From the NCBI GenBank assembly GCA_963727775.1, contig CAVSHB010000002.1, positions 576,001 to 640,000 on the forward strand: a DNA stretch of 64,000 bases. The letters are read 5' to 3'. The position numbers and the translations under genes are program-made. The notes beneath the pieces are model-generated. The model ran no database searches and was not told the DNA's origin. It saw nothing but the letters and a program-made list of their open reading frames with translations. Positions 52,132 through 61,990 of this stretch are shown here, in pieces. This DNA is from an uncultured Nitrospiraceae bacterium (GTDB taxonomy: Bacteria; Nitrospirota; Thermodesulfovibrionia; Thermodesulfovibrionales; SM23-35). Each line of letters begins with the position of its first letter. Position 1 is the first letter of the stretch.

Positions 52132-52419
52132 TTATTCAACGATTCCTAAGATATCTTCTTCCCTTATGATAAGGTAATCTTCATCATCCATTCTGATCTT
52201 CGATCCCGCGTACTTATCGAAAAGAATGATATTCCCTACCTTAACGTCCATGGACTGGCGTTTCCCGTCGTCAGTAATCTTGCCTGGTCCTATTGCTATT
52301 ACCGTCCCCTTCTGGGGCTTCTCTTTTGCTGTGTCAGGAATGAAAAGACCTCCGGCTGTCTTTTCCTCTTCTGACGAAAACTTGACAAATACCCTGTCTC
52401 TTAGTGGTTTAAACTTCAT
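52132..52419 (-). CDS. groS: Co-chaperonin GroES
   Basis: [22 protein letters not shown]. Confidence 0.97.
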   Translation of the reverse strand: MKFKPLRDRVFVKFSSEEEKTAGGLFIPDTAKEKPQKGTVIAIGPGKITDDGKRQSMDVKVGNIILFDKYAGSKIRMDDEDYLIIREEDILGIVE

Positions 52420-52453
52420 AAAGTTCTCTCCTTTCTTTAGTGTAAGATTTTTG

Positions 52454-52480
52454 TTAGCACTCGAAGTCAGTGAGTGCTAA
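52454..52480. promoter_or_regulatory. CIRCE element (HrcA operator)
   Basis: Perfect TTAGCACTC-N9-GAGTGCTAA upstream of groS. Confidence 0.95.
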
Positions 52481-52593
52481 TATAATAAGTTTCCGGGATT
52501 GAAGGCAAGGTTTCTTAATGCGGTAAAAAGGGGTAAAAACTAATGAAATCTTCGAAATATTAATATTATCTATATTTTTATAAGAAATACGGG

Positions 52594-53493
52594 TTAGAGA
52601 GATTTCTTTTTATTATCAATGAAATTTCTTAATGCCTCTTTGAAAAAATCCCCTTGGGACCTTACTTCGAGAGCGATCCTGCCTTCATATAGCTTTATGC
52701 CTTCTTTTAAATCCGATACAAAGACCGAAGCGAAGTTGTTGTTCCTGATGGCCTCGTCTGCTTTTGCCGCATTATAAAGGTATATATCCGCTACTATGGT
52801 CCTCGCCAGCCTTCTGGCCCGCTCTATCTTTTCGTCAGGCAAAGGCCCTTTTGTTTCTTCTGTCGACCGTATCTGCGGCTCCGCCTTTTGTTCAGGCTTC
52901 TGTTCCGGTTTTTGTTCAGGCGGGGAAGGAGGAGCTGTCGGTTTCACTATTTTCTCTTCCATCTTCGTCGGTTCTTTGCTCTTTAGATGGTTGATCGAAT
53001 CCAGCAGGAGTTCGGATATGCGGTACTCCTCGATATAATCATCAGCGTCATAGAAAGATTCAGGTTCTCTTCTATATCTGTCCTTGTCGTAAGGGGAACT
53101 TATAAGGATAAACTTCATCCCCTTTGTCTCGGGCCTTGATTTCAATCTTTTACATACTTCAAACCCGAGGATTTTTGGAAGACCGACCTCGATTACGGCA
53201 AGGAAAGGAAGCTCTTTAATCGACTTGACCATAGCTTCTATCCCATCGGAGGACATAACTGTCCGGTATCCGCTTTGATGCAACAGGGAGGCTATCTCCT
53301 CGGCGGTAACGGGATTGGAATGCGCTATGAGAACTTTGACTTTGTCCACAGGCTTTTCGATAGCCGCGGGTTGAGGTCTTTTTACGAGAAGGACGGTGCT
53401 GCATTTCGGGCATTTAAACCTTGAACCACCTTCGGCCACTTTTTGTTCATTGACTTTGAGTCTTGTTTTGCACTTCGGACATGCTACAACCAC
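52594..53493 (-). CDS. Zinc-ribbon (MJ0042-type) + atypical receiver domain + helical C-terminal domain
   Basis: CPKC..CPKC; REC-like VLIAHS..AVIEVGLP..GFEVC; Pro/Glu/Lys linker; ARRLARTIVADIYLYN. Confidence 0.75.
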   Translation of the reverse strand: MVVACPKCKTRLKVNEQKVAEGGSRFKCPKCSTVLLVKRPQPAAIEKPVDKVKVLIAHSNPVTAEEIASLLHQSGYRTVMSSDGIEAMVKSIKELPFLAVIEVGLPKILGFEVCKRLKSRPETKGMKFILISSPYDKDRYRREPESFYDADDYIEEYRISELLLDSINHLKSKEPTKMEEKIVKPTAPPSPPEQKPEQKPEQKAEPQIRSTEETKGPLPDEKIERARRLARTIVADIYLYNAAKADEAIRNNNFASVFVSDLKEGIKLYEGRIALEVRSQGDFFKEALRNFIDNKKKSL

Positions 53494-53675
53494 CGTTTCG
53501 TCCTCCTTGGCAGCCAGAGTTTAATTGTCAGGAGACCTATGAGGAACTATCCGATATACGCAAACCATGCAACCCCGCCGCCCTCATGAACTCCTATACT
53601 TACCAAACCATTTAAGAACTGTATAATAGCCCAAAACCCGATAACTATCAAGGCCGGAATTCTTACGGTGGTTAT
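53484..53675 (-). pseudogene. 3' remnant of a rhomboid-family intramembrane protease
   Basis: VRIPALIVIGFWAIIQFLNG...GGGVAWFAYIG*FLIGLL, compared with canonical VAWFAHIGGF; internal stop and no 5' part. Confidence 0.75.
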
Positions 53676-53806
53676 ATTTTTTCGATTTCTGACCAGGAGC
53701 AATTCATGCTTGCATTATGAGATATGGATATGCTATAAATTTACGGTCGTAAAGCATTCACTAATTAAATGATAAATGATAAATAATAACTTATAGGGGG
53801 TCCCTA

Positions 53807-55486
53807 ATGGATAATAAAAAAATTATGCCATTGTTTTTGCTTATTGCCTTCCTGATTTTCCCCGTATATGTAAGCGCTGCAAAAGGAGTTGTCCAGGACG
53901 CGAAAATGTGCCTGGCATGTCATTCGGATAAGACGTTGTCCAAAAAACTTATGGATAAGGAAAGGCTCCCATTATATATTGATGGGCATGAATTTGCAGG
54001 TTCCGTCCATTCCAAGGTCGGATGTTCGGGATGCCACACGGATATCTCCATGGACAACCATCCACAGGTAAAAAAGATAATGAGTAAAAAAGAGTATGTC
54101 GCAAATATGTCCAGGAATTGTTCACGATGCCATACTCCCGAGAAGCTGAAGAAGAAACCGATGCACAGTTCATTGGCAGCTAAAGGCACTTGCGTTGAAT
54201 GTCACGGCTCTCATTATATTAAGGGATTGGCAGAGCAGAAGGGCGGGGTAAAGGAAAACCAATACTGCCTGACCTGCCACAGGAACAAACTCAGCATGTC
54301 ATTGAAGAACCATGAATCCCTTTCCGTTTATGTAGACGAATCAGTCCTTAGGAATTCCGCGCACAGGGACCTTCAGTGCAGTGGTTGTCATACGGCCTTT
54401 TCGAAAAACCTGCATCCGGTCAGATCTTTTGAGAACAGGCGTGACTATACTATCGCCTCTTCCGAGGCCTGCCGGAAATGCCATGCAGCAGCATACAAAC
54501 AGTATGAAGTCAGCGTCCATCGTGCAGGTATAAAGGTTGGAAACCTTAAAGCTCCCGTATGTTCCGACTGTCATGGCGAGCACTCGGTGTCCGTCATAAA
54601 GAAAGACAGGAACATCGGCCTGAGGTCCTGCAACAAATGCCATGCGGATATGAACAATTCTTATGAGGCCAGCGTTCACGGCAAAGCAAGGAAGATGGGA
54701 TATGAGAAATCCCCTGTCTGCTCGTCGTGCCATAATGCTCACAATGTTGAGTCTACTGCAATGACCACAAAGATAAAAGAAGGTTGCGCGAAATGCCATA
54801 AAGATGCCGGAAAATCCCATAATAAATGGCTGTCGAATCCTCCGATAACTATGCCTTCGTTTGCAGCCGCCCATTTCGACGTTGTGTCATGCGCTGCATG
54901 CCATTCTGCCGGGGCCAAGCGGGGTGTATATCTCAGCCTGTTTAATCGGAGAACCGGGAAACCCGTGACCGATGGAGAGTTGCAGGAGCTTCTGCATACG
55001 GATTCCGCCGGATTGATCGGGAAAGTGGACACGAATGGAGACGGGAGTATTGATGCGAAAGAGTTGTGGGATTTCTTTGCTCTGCTGTATAAGAAAGGTA
55101 TCATTGCGATATTCCAGGGTAAGATGGACGTGAGCACCGCAAAGGAAGCGCATCAAATCGGGGCCAAAACAGAAGCAGTAAAGGACTGCGAAAAGTGTCA
55201 CCTGCCCGGCGCCGAACTGTTTAAGAATGTTTTTGTTACCATTAAAAAGACCGACGGCAAACCGATGCTCCTGCCTGCGAAAGAAGAAGTGCTCACTTCG
55301 GTATATTCGATATTGCCGGTCAGTAAGTTTTATGCCCTCGGCAGTACGAGCATAAGGCTTCTCGATATTCTCTTTATCATCGCCCTCATCGGCGGCATTG
55401 CCGTGCCGATAGGCCATATCTCATTAAGAATAATAACTTCACCCCTCAGGGCATTAAGGAGAATGGGGAAGGGAGGCAAGAAATAA
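53807..55486 (+). CDS. 13-heme cytochrome c with EF-hand and C-terminal membrane anchor (CbcA-like)
   Basis: 13 CxxCH motifs counted; DTNGDGSIDAKE; signal peptide; C-terminal TM with His. Confidence 0.88.
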   Translation: MDNKKIMPLFLLIAFLIFPVYVSAAKGVVQDAKMCLACHSDKTLSKKLMDKERLPLYIDGHEFAGSVHSKVGCSGCHTDISMDNHPQVKKIMSKKEYVANMSRNCSRCHTPEKLKKKPMHSSLAAKGTCVECHGSHYIKGLAEQKGGVKENQYCLTCHRNKLSMSLKNHESLSVYVDESVLRNSAHRDLQCSGCHTAFSKNLHPVRSFENRRDYTIASSEACRKCHAAAYKQYEVSVHRAGIKVGNLKAPVCSDCHGEHSVSVIKKDRNIGLRSCNKCHADMNNSYEASVHGKARKMGYEKSPVCSSCHNAHNVESTAMTTKIKEGCAKCHKDAGKSHNKWLSNPPITMPSFAAAHFDVVSCAACHSAGAKRGVYLSLFNRRTGKPVTDGELQELLHTDSAGLIGKVDTNGDGSIDAKELWDFFALLYKKGIIAIFQGKMDVSTAKEAHQIGAKTEAVKDCEKCHLPGAELFKNVFVTIKKTDGKPMLLPAKEEVLTSVYSILPVSKFYALGSTSIRLLDILFIIALIGGIAVPIGHISLRIITSPLRALRRMGKGGKK

Positions 55487-56169
55487 TGAAAAAGATATAT
55501 CTTCATCCGCTACCGATCAGAATCTGGCATTGGGTGAATGCTCTGGGTTTTATCATCCTGATCCTTACCGGGACACAGATCAAAATGGGGAATGCCATTC
55601 ATCTGGTATCGTTCGAAACCGCGGTTAAGATCCACAGCTGGCTGGGGTTCATTCTTCTGGCAAATTACTTTATATGGCTTGTCTATTACCTCGTTACGGG
55701 CAACATAAAAATATACATACCCCCTCTGACCCGTCCGATGGAGTTCGCCAAGAAGGCTTTAATCCAGGCAAAGTTTTACGGGTGGGGCATAATGGTCGGA
55801 GACGAGAACCCCCATCATTCATCGCCTGACAATAAGTTCAACCCCATGCAGCAGGTGTCGTATCTCGCGATCATGGTGGCATTAATCCCTGTACAGATTA
55901 TAACCGGACTTTTCCTGTGGGACCCGCACTTCTTCGGGCCTGCCGTTAACCTTATAGGAGGGATACAGATAGCGGACCTGGTCCATATCCTTCTTTGGAT
56001 ATTCTTCAGCGCCTTCATTATTGTCCATTTTTATCTCGCTACTCTCGGACATACTCCTATGGCGCATATTATCGCGATGTTTTCAGGATTTGAGGAAGAA
56101 CATGAAGAGCACGGCCACGGCGAGGAAGATGGCCACGGCCATGCAGAAGAACACGGACACAGCCACTAA
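55486..56169 (+). CDS. Di-heme cytochrome b (Ni-hydrogenase/Fdh type; CbcB-like) with His-rich tail
   Basis: IRIWHWVNA, KIHSW, KFNPMQ, VHILL..IVHFYL; EEHEEHGHGEEDGHGHAEEHGHSH. Confidence 0.88.
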   Translation: MKKIYLHPLPIRIWHWVNALGFIILILTGTQIKMGNAIHLVSFETAVKIHSWLGFILLANYFIWLVYYLVTGNIKIYIPPLTRPMEFAKKALIQAKFYGWGIMVGDENPHHSSPDNKFNPMQQVSYLAIMVALIPVQIITGLFLWDPHFFGPAVNLIGGIQIADLVHILLWIFFSAFIIVHFYLATLGHTPMAHIIAMFSGFEEEHEEHGHGEEDGHGHAEEHGHSH

Positions 56170-56188
56170 TTATATCTTCACCTAAATT

Positions 56189-56222
56189 AAAAAACCGGGA
56201 CAGAGATGGACCGGTTTTTTTT
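56189..56222 (+). terminator. Intrinsic terminator after cytochrome b
   Basis: AAAAAACCGG...CCGGTTTTTTTT. Confidence 0.65.
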
Positions 56223-56398
56223 CGCGGATTATACTGTCATGCTGAATTACCTTGATTCACTGCTCAAGAACATGATAATGTATTAGCAAGATTTTAGAGG
56301 TTTTTGCGTTCACAGAAGGCCACAAAGACTTTTAGCTTTGAGGCCTTTTTTATTGCGTTCTTCTGAGATTTTAGTTTAAAGATAAGGAGGTAAACAAA

Positions 56399-56599
56399 AT
56401 GACAACAGGAACAGTGAAGTGGTTCAATGACAGCAAAGGTTTTGGTTTCATTACTGCTGACGATAACAGTGATGTCTTTGTACACCATACGTCCATCCAG
56501 GGCAGTGGATTCAAAAGCCTTGCCGAAGGTGACAAGGTCAGCTTTGATACTGAACAAGGTCCGAAAGGTCCCAAAGCGATCAATGTAGTCAAACTGTAA
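56399..56599 (+). CDS. csp: Cold-shock protein
   Basis: GTVKWFN..KGFGFI (RNP1), DVFVH (RNP2), GPKGPKA. Confidence 0.96.
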   Translation: MTTGTVKWFNDSKGFGFITADDNSDVFVHHTSIQGSGFKSLAEGDKVSFDTEQGPKGPKAINVVKL

Positions 56600-56610
56600 T
56601 TAATTTTGGA

Positions 56611-56638
56611 CAAGGCTCCTTCCGCCGGAGGGAGCCTT
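56611..56638 (+). terminator. Hairpin after csp
   Basis: AAGGCTCCTTCC-GCC-GGAGGGAGCCTT. Confidence 0.6.
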
Positions 56639-56664
56639 GTCCTTTGAGAGGGTGTGTTAGGAAC

Positions 56665-57033
56665 ATGAATAATAGTAAGAATGCAGTCAGGATGGAGAGG
56701 ATGCAGGAAATTATGCAGCAGAGACGTGACGCAGGTTCCGTAGCTACACACTTCCCAGAGGTTGCAAACATCGTCATGAATATGACATATAACCAGAGGG
56801 GTGCAAAATCGATACTCCGGACCTTTAATTTCGCTCCTGAGAGTTATGCTTTTTTTATAGTAAACTGCTTAAGACAAGACTGTGTTGGCGGTGGGTTTGA
56901 TCTAACCCACGTTATAACCGCGATGATCAGAAACCGCAAAGCAGAGGGAAAAGGAGAACTTAGCTGTAAAGGCACAGATTCCGCCATGAGCCACTCGGAG
57001 ATTGTTTATGAAGTTGCCATACAATACACGTAA
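56665..57033 (+). CDS. Hypothetical Cys-containing protein in the cold-shock cluster
   Basis: Open frame with C....C.GGGFDL...G.L.C motif; co-oriented after csp. Confidence 0.65.
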   Translation: MNNSKNAVRMERMQEIMQQRRDAGSVATHFPEVANIVMNMTYNQRGAKSILRTFNFAPESYAFFIVNCLRQDCVGGGFDLTHVITAMIRNRKAEGKGELSCKGTDSAMSHSEIVYEVAIQYT

Positions 57034-57493
57034 ATCGCTGTCTTTTAATCTTACGATATTTTGAGATAAAGGATCTCTCGCGCAGAGCCAGCTCCCAACT
57101 TGGTTTTGAATATATTCATTGCGGGTTGCCGTTTCAGGAATGACTTTCCATTTGGCACTCTCTGCCAAAGTCGTTATTATTAAAATAATATCAAAAGATT
57201 GCAATCTGTTATGCCTATTAAAGAAAATATAACGATAATATGTTATGCTTAATACAAGAGGAAAAGAATAAATATTCGAACAGGGACACTGATAAATAGA
57301 TTTTATTTCGAAAAGCTCACCTTTTAGCGGTCTCCCCAATTAACAAACATTTTATCTTGCTTCCATATTTTAGAAAGGACTTTTCTGCCGCTTTGTATAG
57401 GTAAGTGGGGATATAGGGTAAAAAGAATATGATTACGTGTCCTATAAGTAAAGTTTAAATGTCAGTTATTAACAACAAAACAGGAGGTTGAAG

Positions 57494-57811
57494 ATGAAAA
57501 AGATCTATGTCGGAAACATTGCATTTAATGCAACAGAACAGGATTTAAGGGAGTTCTTCTCGGAGTATGGAGAGATCGAATCATTAAAAATAATAAAGGA
57601 CAACTTTACGGATCGGTCCAAAGGTTTTGGTTTCATAGAAATGGCAGATGAAAACGATGCTAAAAAGGCGATTGAAACCCTTAATGGTAAAGATTTTATG
57701 GGGAAAGCACTTACTGTGGCTGAGGCGAGACCACAAGAAAAGCGGCGTGGCTTTAATGATAAAAGGGGCGGCTATGGAGGTGGCAGGGATACAGGTAGAG
57801 GCTGGAAATAG
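57494..57811 (+). CDS. RRM RNA-binding protein with Gly/Arg-rich tail
   Basis: IYVGNI (RNP2), KGFGFIEM (RNP1), LTVAEAR. Confidence 0.93.
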   Translation: MKKIYVGNIAFNATEQDLREFFSEYGEIESLKIIKDNFTDRSKGFGFIEMADENDAKKAIETLNGKDFMGKALTVAEARPQEKRRGFNDKRGGYGGGRDTGRGWK

Positions 57812-57924
57812 TTCTTGGATATCGAAGTCAATGAAAATAGTGACAAACCCACAGATTATTGTAAAGAAACTCTTAAAAATATTGGGTCTGTAAAATAACA
57901 GCCTATATGCTTATGGAGGTGGAT

Positions 57925-58155
57925 ATGAAGGCACTTATTGAACTAATTGCGAAATCGTTGGTAGATAAACCGGAAGAGGTGACAGTAACTGAGGTAGGCG
58001 GAGAAAAAACTGCTCTCTTTGAATTGCGTGTTGCTGCAAGTGATATCGGGAAGGTTGTCGGAAAGCAGGGAAATACAGCGCGTGCAATGAGAACAATACT
58101 GAGTGCTTCGGGAACAAAAATAGGTAAACGCTGTGTTCTCGAAATATTGGACTAA
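57925..58155 (+). CDS. khpA: KH-domain RNA-binding protein KhpA-like
   Basis: [26 protein letters not shown]. Confidence 0.88.
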   Translation: MKALIELIAKSLVDKPEEVTVTEVGGEKTALFELRVAASDIGKVVGKQGNTARAMRTILSASGTKIGKRCVLEILD

Positions 58156-58184
58156 TTGAATAATGCCCCCAAAGGAGTATAGAA

Positions 58185-59573
58185 TTGACGGAATTTCATA
58201 CTTTTAATTTTCACCCACAAGTTGCAGCCGGGATAGCGTTAGCGGGTTATGTTTTACCGACGCCTATCCAGGCACAGGCAATCCCACTGGTTATGGATGG
58301 TCGTGACGTTATGGGATTGGCACAGACCGGCACCGGCAAGACCGCAGCCTTTGTACTGCCGATTCTGCATCGTCTGATGAAAGGGAAGCGCGGGCGCATT
58401 CGGGGCCTTGTCATCGCTCCTACTCGCGAGCTGGCTGAGCAGATCCACGAAGCAATCGGTGTTCTGGGACAGCAGACTCCTCTCCGGAGCGTAAGCATTT
58501 ACGGCGGCGTGGACATGAACCCGCAGAGACAGAAACTGCGCAGCGGCGTTGAGATCGTCATCGCCTGCCCCGGTCGCCTTCTCGATCACATTAATCACGG
58601 TGTGATAAACCTGTCTAATCTGGAAGTGCTCGTTTTAGACGAGGCGGACCGGATGTTTGATATGGGCTTTCTGCCCGATATCAGGAAGATACTTGAGAAT
58701 GTGCCGGCCATGCGCCAGACGTTGATGTTTTCGGCAACCATGCCGGATGATATCCGACATTTGGCCCGCGAAGTCCTGAGCGCTCCGGTCACAGTGCAAG
58801 TCGACCCTTCCGCACCGGCAACTACTGTGGCGCATGCACTCTATCCGGTCGATCAACACCTCAAAACTGCACTCCTCCTCGAACTGCTGCGCCGTACTGA
58901 CACTGAGTCGGTTTTGGTCTTTACGCGCACCAAGCACCGGGCCAGGCGAGTGGGCCAACTTCTGGAGAAGGCCGGCTACCGGGCCGCATCTCTGCAGGGG
59001 AACCTGTCCCAAAACAGGCGGCAGGCTGCACTTGACGGCTTCCGTGACGGCTCCTACAAGGTCCTTGTTGCGACCGACATTGCTGCCCGCGGGATCGATG
59101 TCACACGCATATCCCATGTCATCAACTATGACATGCCCGATACTGCCGATGCATACACGCACCGGATAGGCCGCACCGGCCGGGCTGAAAAGACCGGGGA
59201 TGCCTTCACGTTCATCACCCGTGAAGACGAGGATATTGTGCTCAGCATCGAGCGTGTTCTCGGTGAAAAGGTGGAACGGCGCACGATGGATGGATTCGAT
59301 TATAAGAAAAGGGCGCCGGTGCGTGATACTGAGTTTACCCGTCCGCCGCGTGAACCACGACGCAGTTTTAAGAAGAATTATCCGGGACTATCTGTGTCCA
59401 ATACTGCTGTTGCTTCTACGCAGAAAGGGCGCCACGGCAAAAGAGCGGAAGATCAGAAGTTTGTTGGAAGCACAGATCTCCGGAAGACGTCACAGGGGGT
59501 TCTCGCTCCCCGGAGTTCCTCCGGTACAACTAAACGCAGGTACCGACCGCATAGCCGCGTATCCGACCGCTAA
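58185..59573 (+). CDS. DEAD-box RNA helicase (RhlE-like)
   Basis: PTPIQ, AQTGTGKT, PTRELA, DEAD, SAT, ARGID, HRIGRTGR; basic tail. Confidence 0.93.
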   Translation: MTEFHTFNFHPQVAAGIALAGYVLPTPIQAQAIPLVMDGRDVMGLAQTGTGKTAAFVLPILHRLMKGKRGRIRGLVIAPTRELAEQIHEAIGVLGQQTPLRSVSIYGGVDMNPQRQKLRSGVEIVIACPGRLLDHINHGVINLSNLEVLVLDEADRMFDMGFLPDIRKILENVPAMRQTLMFSATMPDDIRHLAREVLSAPVTVQVDPSAPATTVAHALYPVDQHLKTALLLELLRRTDTESVLVFTRTKHRARRVGQLLEKAGYRAASLQGNLSQNRRQAALDGFRDGSYKVLVATDIAARGIDVTRISHVINYDMPDTADAYTHRIGRTGRAEKTGDAFTFITREDEDIVLSIERVLGEKVERRTMDGFDYKKRAPVRDTEFTRPPREPRRSFKKNYPGLSVSNTAVASTQKGRHGKRAEDQKFVGSTDLRKTSQGVLAPRSSSGTTKRRYRPHSRVSDR

Positions 59574-59596
59574 ACGACGTCCCTCAAAGCCAATTC

Positions 59597-60148
59597 ATGA
59601 ATGATATTGCTATTTTCACCGATGTGAGCCTAAATCCTGTGCTTAGGCTTGGAGTGGGCGCCTATCTTGTTGTTCCTGCTGCTTTTCTGAAAGTCTCACC
59701 TCACAGCATTGAAATATCCCAAATAACCGACCGGTTGGTGATACGAAGATTTGAGGGTACTTCATCGACCACACTTGAAGTTCAAACAGTTTTGTGGTCT
59801 CTTGAAGAGTATTGCAATGGATTAAAGGGTCCCAAATTGGGGAAACTGCAGGTATATTCTGATTCCCAGTGCGTCGCGGGTCTTTTAAGAAGAAGACTCG
59901 CTTTGGAGGCCAAGGGCTTTCTCAGCAAAAGGACAAAACGCCAGTTAAAGAACGCCTGCCTTTATCGCAGATTTTACGAATTCTACGACGAACTGGGATT
60001 TGAGATCATAAAAGTGGCAGGGCATACCCGTTCTTGCTCACACAATACTGTTAACCGAATATTTTCATTGGTAGACAAGAATGTGAGGAAAGTATTGAAC
60101 CTCTGGATGCGTGAGTTGGGACGGCACAAAAGAAGCGCTCATCTATAA
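59597..60148 (+). CDS. RNase H-like protein
   Basis: IFTD.S, GVG, LEVQ, YSDSQ, KVAGH, VD: D-E-D-H-D pattern. Confidence 0.75.
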   Translation: MNDIAIFTDVSLNPVLRLGVGAYLVVPAAFLKVSPHSIEISQITDRLVIRRFEGTSSTTLEVQTVLWSLEEYCNGLKGPKLGKLQVYSDSQCVAGLLRRRLALEAKGFLSKRTKRQLKNACLYRRFYEFYDELGFEIIKVAGHTRSCSHNTVNRIFSLVDKNVRKVLNLWMRELGRHKRSAHL

Positions 60149-61990
60149 TGTTTTAACGAGACCATTCAATACAGGATATTCATCCTTTGCAAGGACCAAG
60201 TCTTCTTTGAGCAGTCTTATCCCTTCCGGAACATATTTCAGAAAATACTTTTTGCCCTTTACTCCGGAAAGGAAGCCATAGGCGCCAAGGGCCTGCATGT
60301 GGCGTTGGAGTCTGCACGGTAGGGTTGTTTTTCTGAATTCGTTTTCATTAAACCATTGAGTGTTTTCCGACATGCCGTTTATGTAATAAAATAAAAGATT
60401 CTCTCTTACGTCATCATCAAGGCGATAATAAGGGTCCCATAATATTGAGGCAATGTCATAGGCCGGCGGGCCGATTCTTGCGCCTTGATAATCTATGAGC
60501 CTTGGGGTGTTTCGTTTTGTGACCATGATGTTCTGAGATTGAAAATCCCGGTGGATGATGGTTTTGGGGAAGGCGTCTACTTTCACGGCAAGTCTGTGAA
60601 ACTCTTCATTAAGGGTTGATAGATTTTCGAACCTGATATCGCTGATGCCCTGAACGAACCTTTCGATAAAATAACTTGTCTCCCATCTTAGATGATCATA
60701 ATCGAAAACCCTGCCTTGAAACAACGGGCATTCCGATATGTGTTCGGTTACAGTTGTGTGGATTAAGATCGCTATATCAATGGCTTTCTTATATATCTCT
60801 TCTATGCATTTGAGATCACGCGAACACTTAAGCAGACTGTATAGCGATAAATCTCCAAGGTCTTCAAAGAGGGCATTACAATTTTTAAAGTCAACCTCCA
60901 GCAGTTCCGGCACAGGCACGGAATGTTTTTGGAAGAATCGTGTGTATTCGACATGTCTCCGGAAGTCAGGGTCATCATGAGCACACTGCATGAGCACCGT
61001 TGAATGGGCATCTTTCCTGATCCTGCAGTATTTCCTGTCGGACCCTCCCGTGCCTATGAGGAGGGCATTGTTTTCTGTTGTATTGAAAAAGTCTGTCTCA
61101 CCGAGATCAATTTTGAATCCGGTACCGAGGATACAGTTGTCGTATATTGAACCAGGCTTTATCTTGCTTTTTGGAAGCAGAATGCAATTTCTGATAGAGA
61201 TATCCGCATCAACCTCGTTGTCTTTTTCAATGACCGTGTACCCATCCAATTCAATATGACTGCATCCTTTTACTGATGGATGTATATAAACCGTTTCGCC
61301 ATTATTTCTTAGTTCACGTATGACAGCCTTAGTATATGCAGAGGGAGTGCCGATGTCGTTCCAATAACATCCGGTTACATTAAATGTTCCGATTTTGGAT
61401 CCTGACTCAATTGCCTTCAGCCATGCATCTGTAACGCTGGAAACGCCCCCCGGTAGGAAATCGAGAAATTGAGGAGAGTAGACTGCAATTCCTGTAAAAG
61501 CCAAATTGTTTGGCGCCCCTGATAATGCGCTAATGCTTTTGAGAAAACCTCCCCTATCTATTCCGAGTTTATTAAACTCAGGATAATCATGCACAGCAAG
61601 GGTCGCGAGATTTTCGGATGAGAGCTGGAAATCAACCAGCCGCCTCAAATCGATATCAGAGATGATGTCCGAATTATGGACAAGGAAAAGGCTGTCTTTA
61701 AGAAATGTTGTTGCATTTTTCAGAGCGCCTCCTGTGCCGAGGACGGGGTCTTCAGGGAAGAGCACTATCTGATTGCTGAATGAGGAACGGTCCAGCCAGT
61801 TTTTTATCAAGTTATTTTTGTAGTGGAGGTTTATCCCTATTTTGTTTGCGGGTAAAGCCGACATTTTTTCGAGTACAGTCTGTAAAACGGGAGTACCGAG
61901 AATAGGGACAAGCGGTTTTGGAATATAATCGGTAATCGGCCTCAGTCTTTTTCCGCGTCCCGCAGCAAGAATAAATACAGAGAAATTCAT
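60143..61990 (-). CDS. Fused nucleotidyltransferase (MurU-like) and phosphotransferase (AmgK-like)
   Basis: LAAGRGKRLRPIT..PKPL, LGTGG, HNSD; C-terminal GGSDRKY, EDLGD, HRDFQSQNIM, IDYQGAR.GP..YD, QALGAYGFL. Confidence 0.82.
   Translation of the reverse strand: MNFSVFILAAGRGKRLRPITDYIPKPLVPILGTPVLQTVLEKMSALPANKIGINLHYKNNLIKNWLDRSSFSNQIVLFPEDPVLGTGGALKNATTFLKDSLFLVHNSDIISDIDLRRLVDFQLSSENLATLAVHDYPEFNKLGIDRGGFLKSISALSGAPNNLAFTGIAVYSPQFLDFLPGGVSSVTDAWLKAIESGSKIGTFNVTGCYWNDIGTPSAYTKAVIRELRNNGETVYIHPSVKGCSHIELDGYTVIEKDNEVDADISIRNCILLPKSKIKPGSIYDNCILGTGFKIDLGETDFFNTTENNALLIGTGGSDRKYCRIRKDAHSTVLMQCAHDDPDFRRHVEYTRFFQKHSVPVPELLEVDFKNCNALFEDLGDLSLYSLLKCSRDLKCIEEIYKKAIDIAILIHTTVTEHISECPLFQGRVFDYDHLRWETSYFIERFVQGISDIRFENLSTLNEEFHRLAVKVDAFPKTIIHRDFQSQNIMVTKRNTPRLIDYQGARIGPPAYDIASILWDPYYRLDDDVRENLLFYYINGMSENTQWFNENEFRKTTLPCRLQRHMQALGAYGFLSGVKGKKYFLKYVPEGIRLLKEDLVLAKDEYPVLNGLVKTL

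Noticed and set aside
57152..57170. Sigma54 promoter at TTGGCACTCTCTGCC
   Set aside because: GG-GC spacing is 8 nt rather than 10; better explained as a small hairpin.
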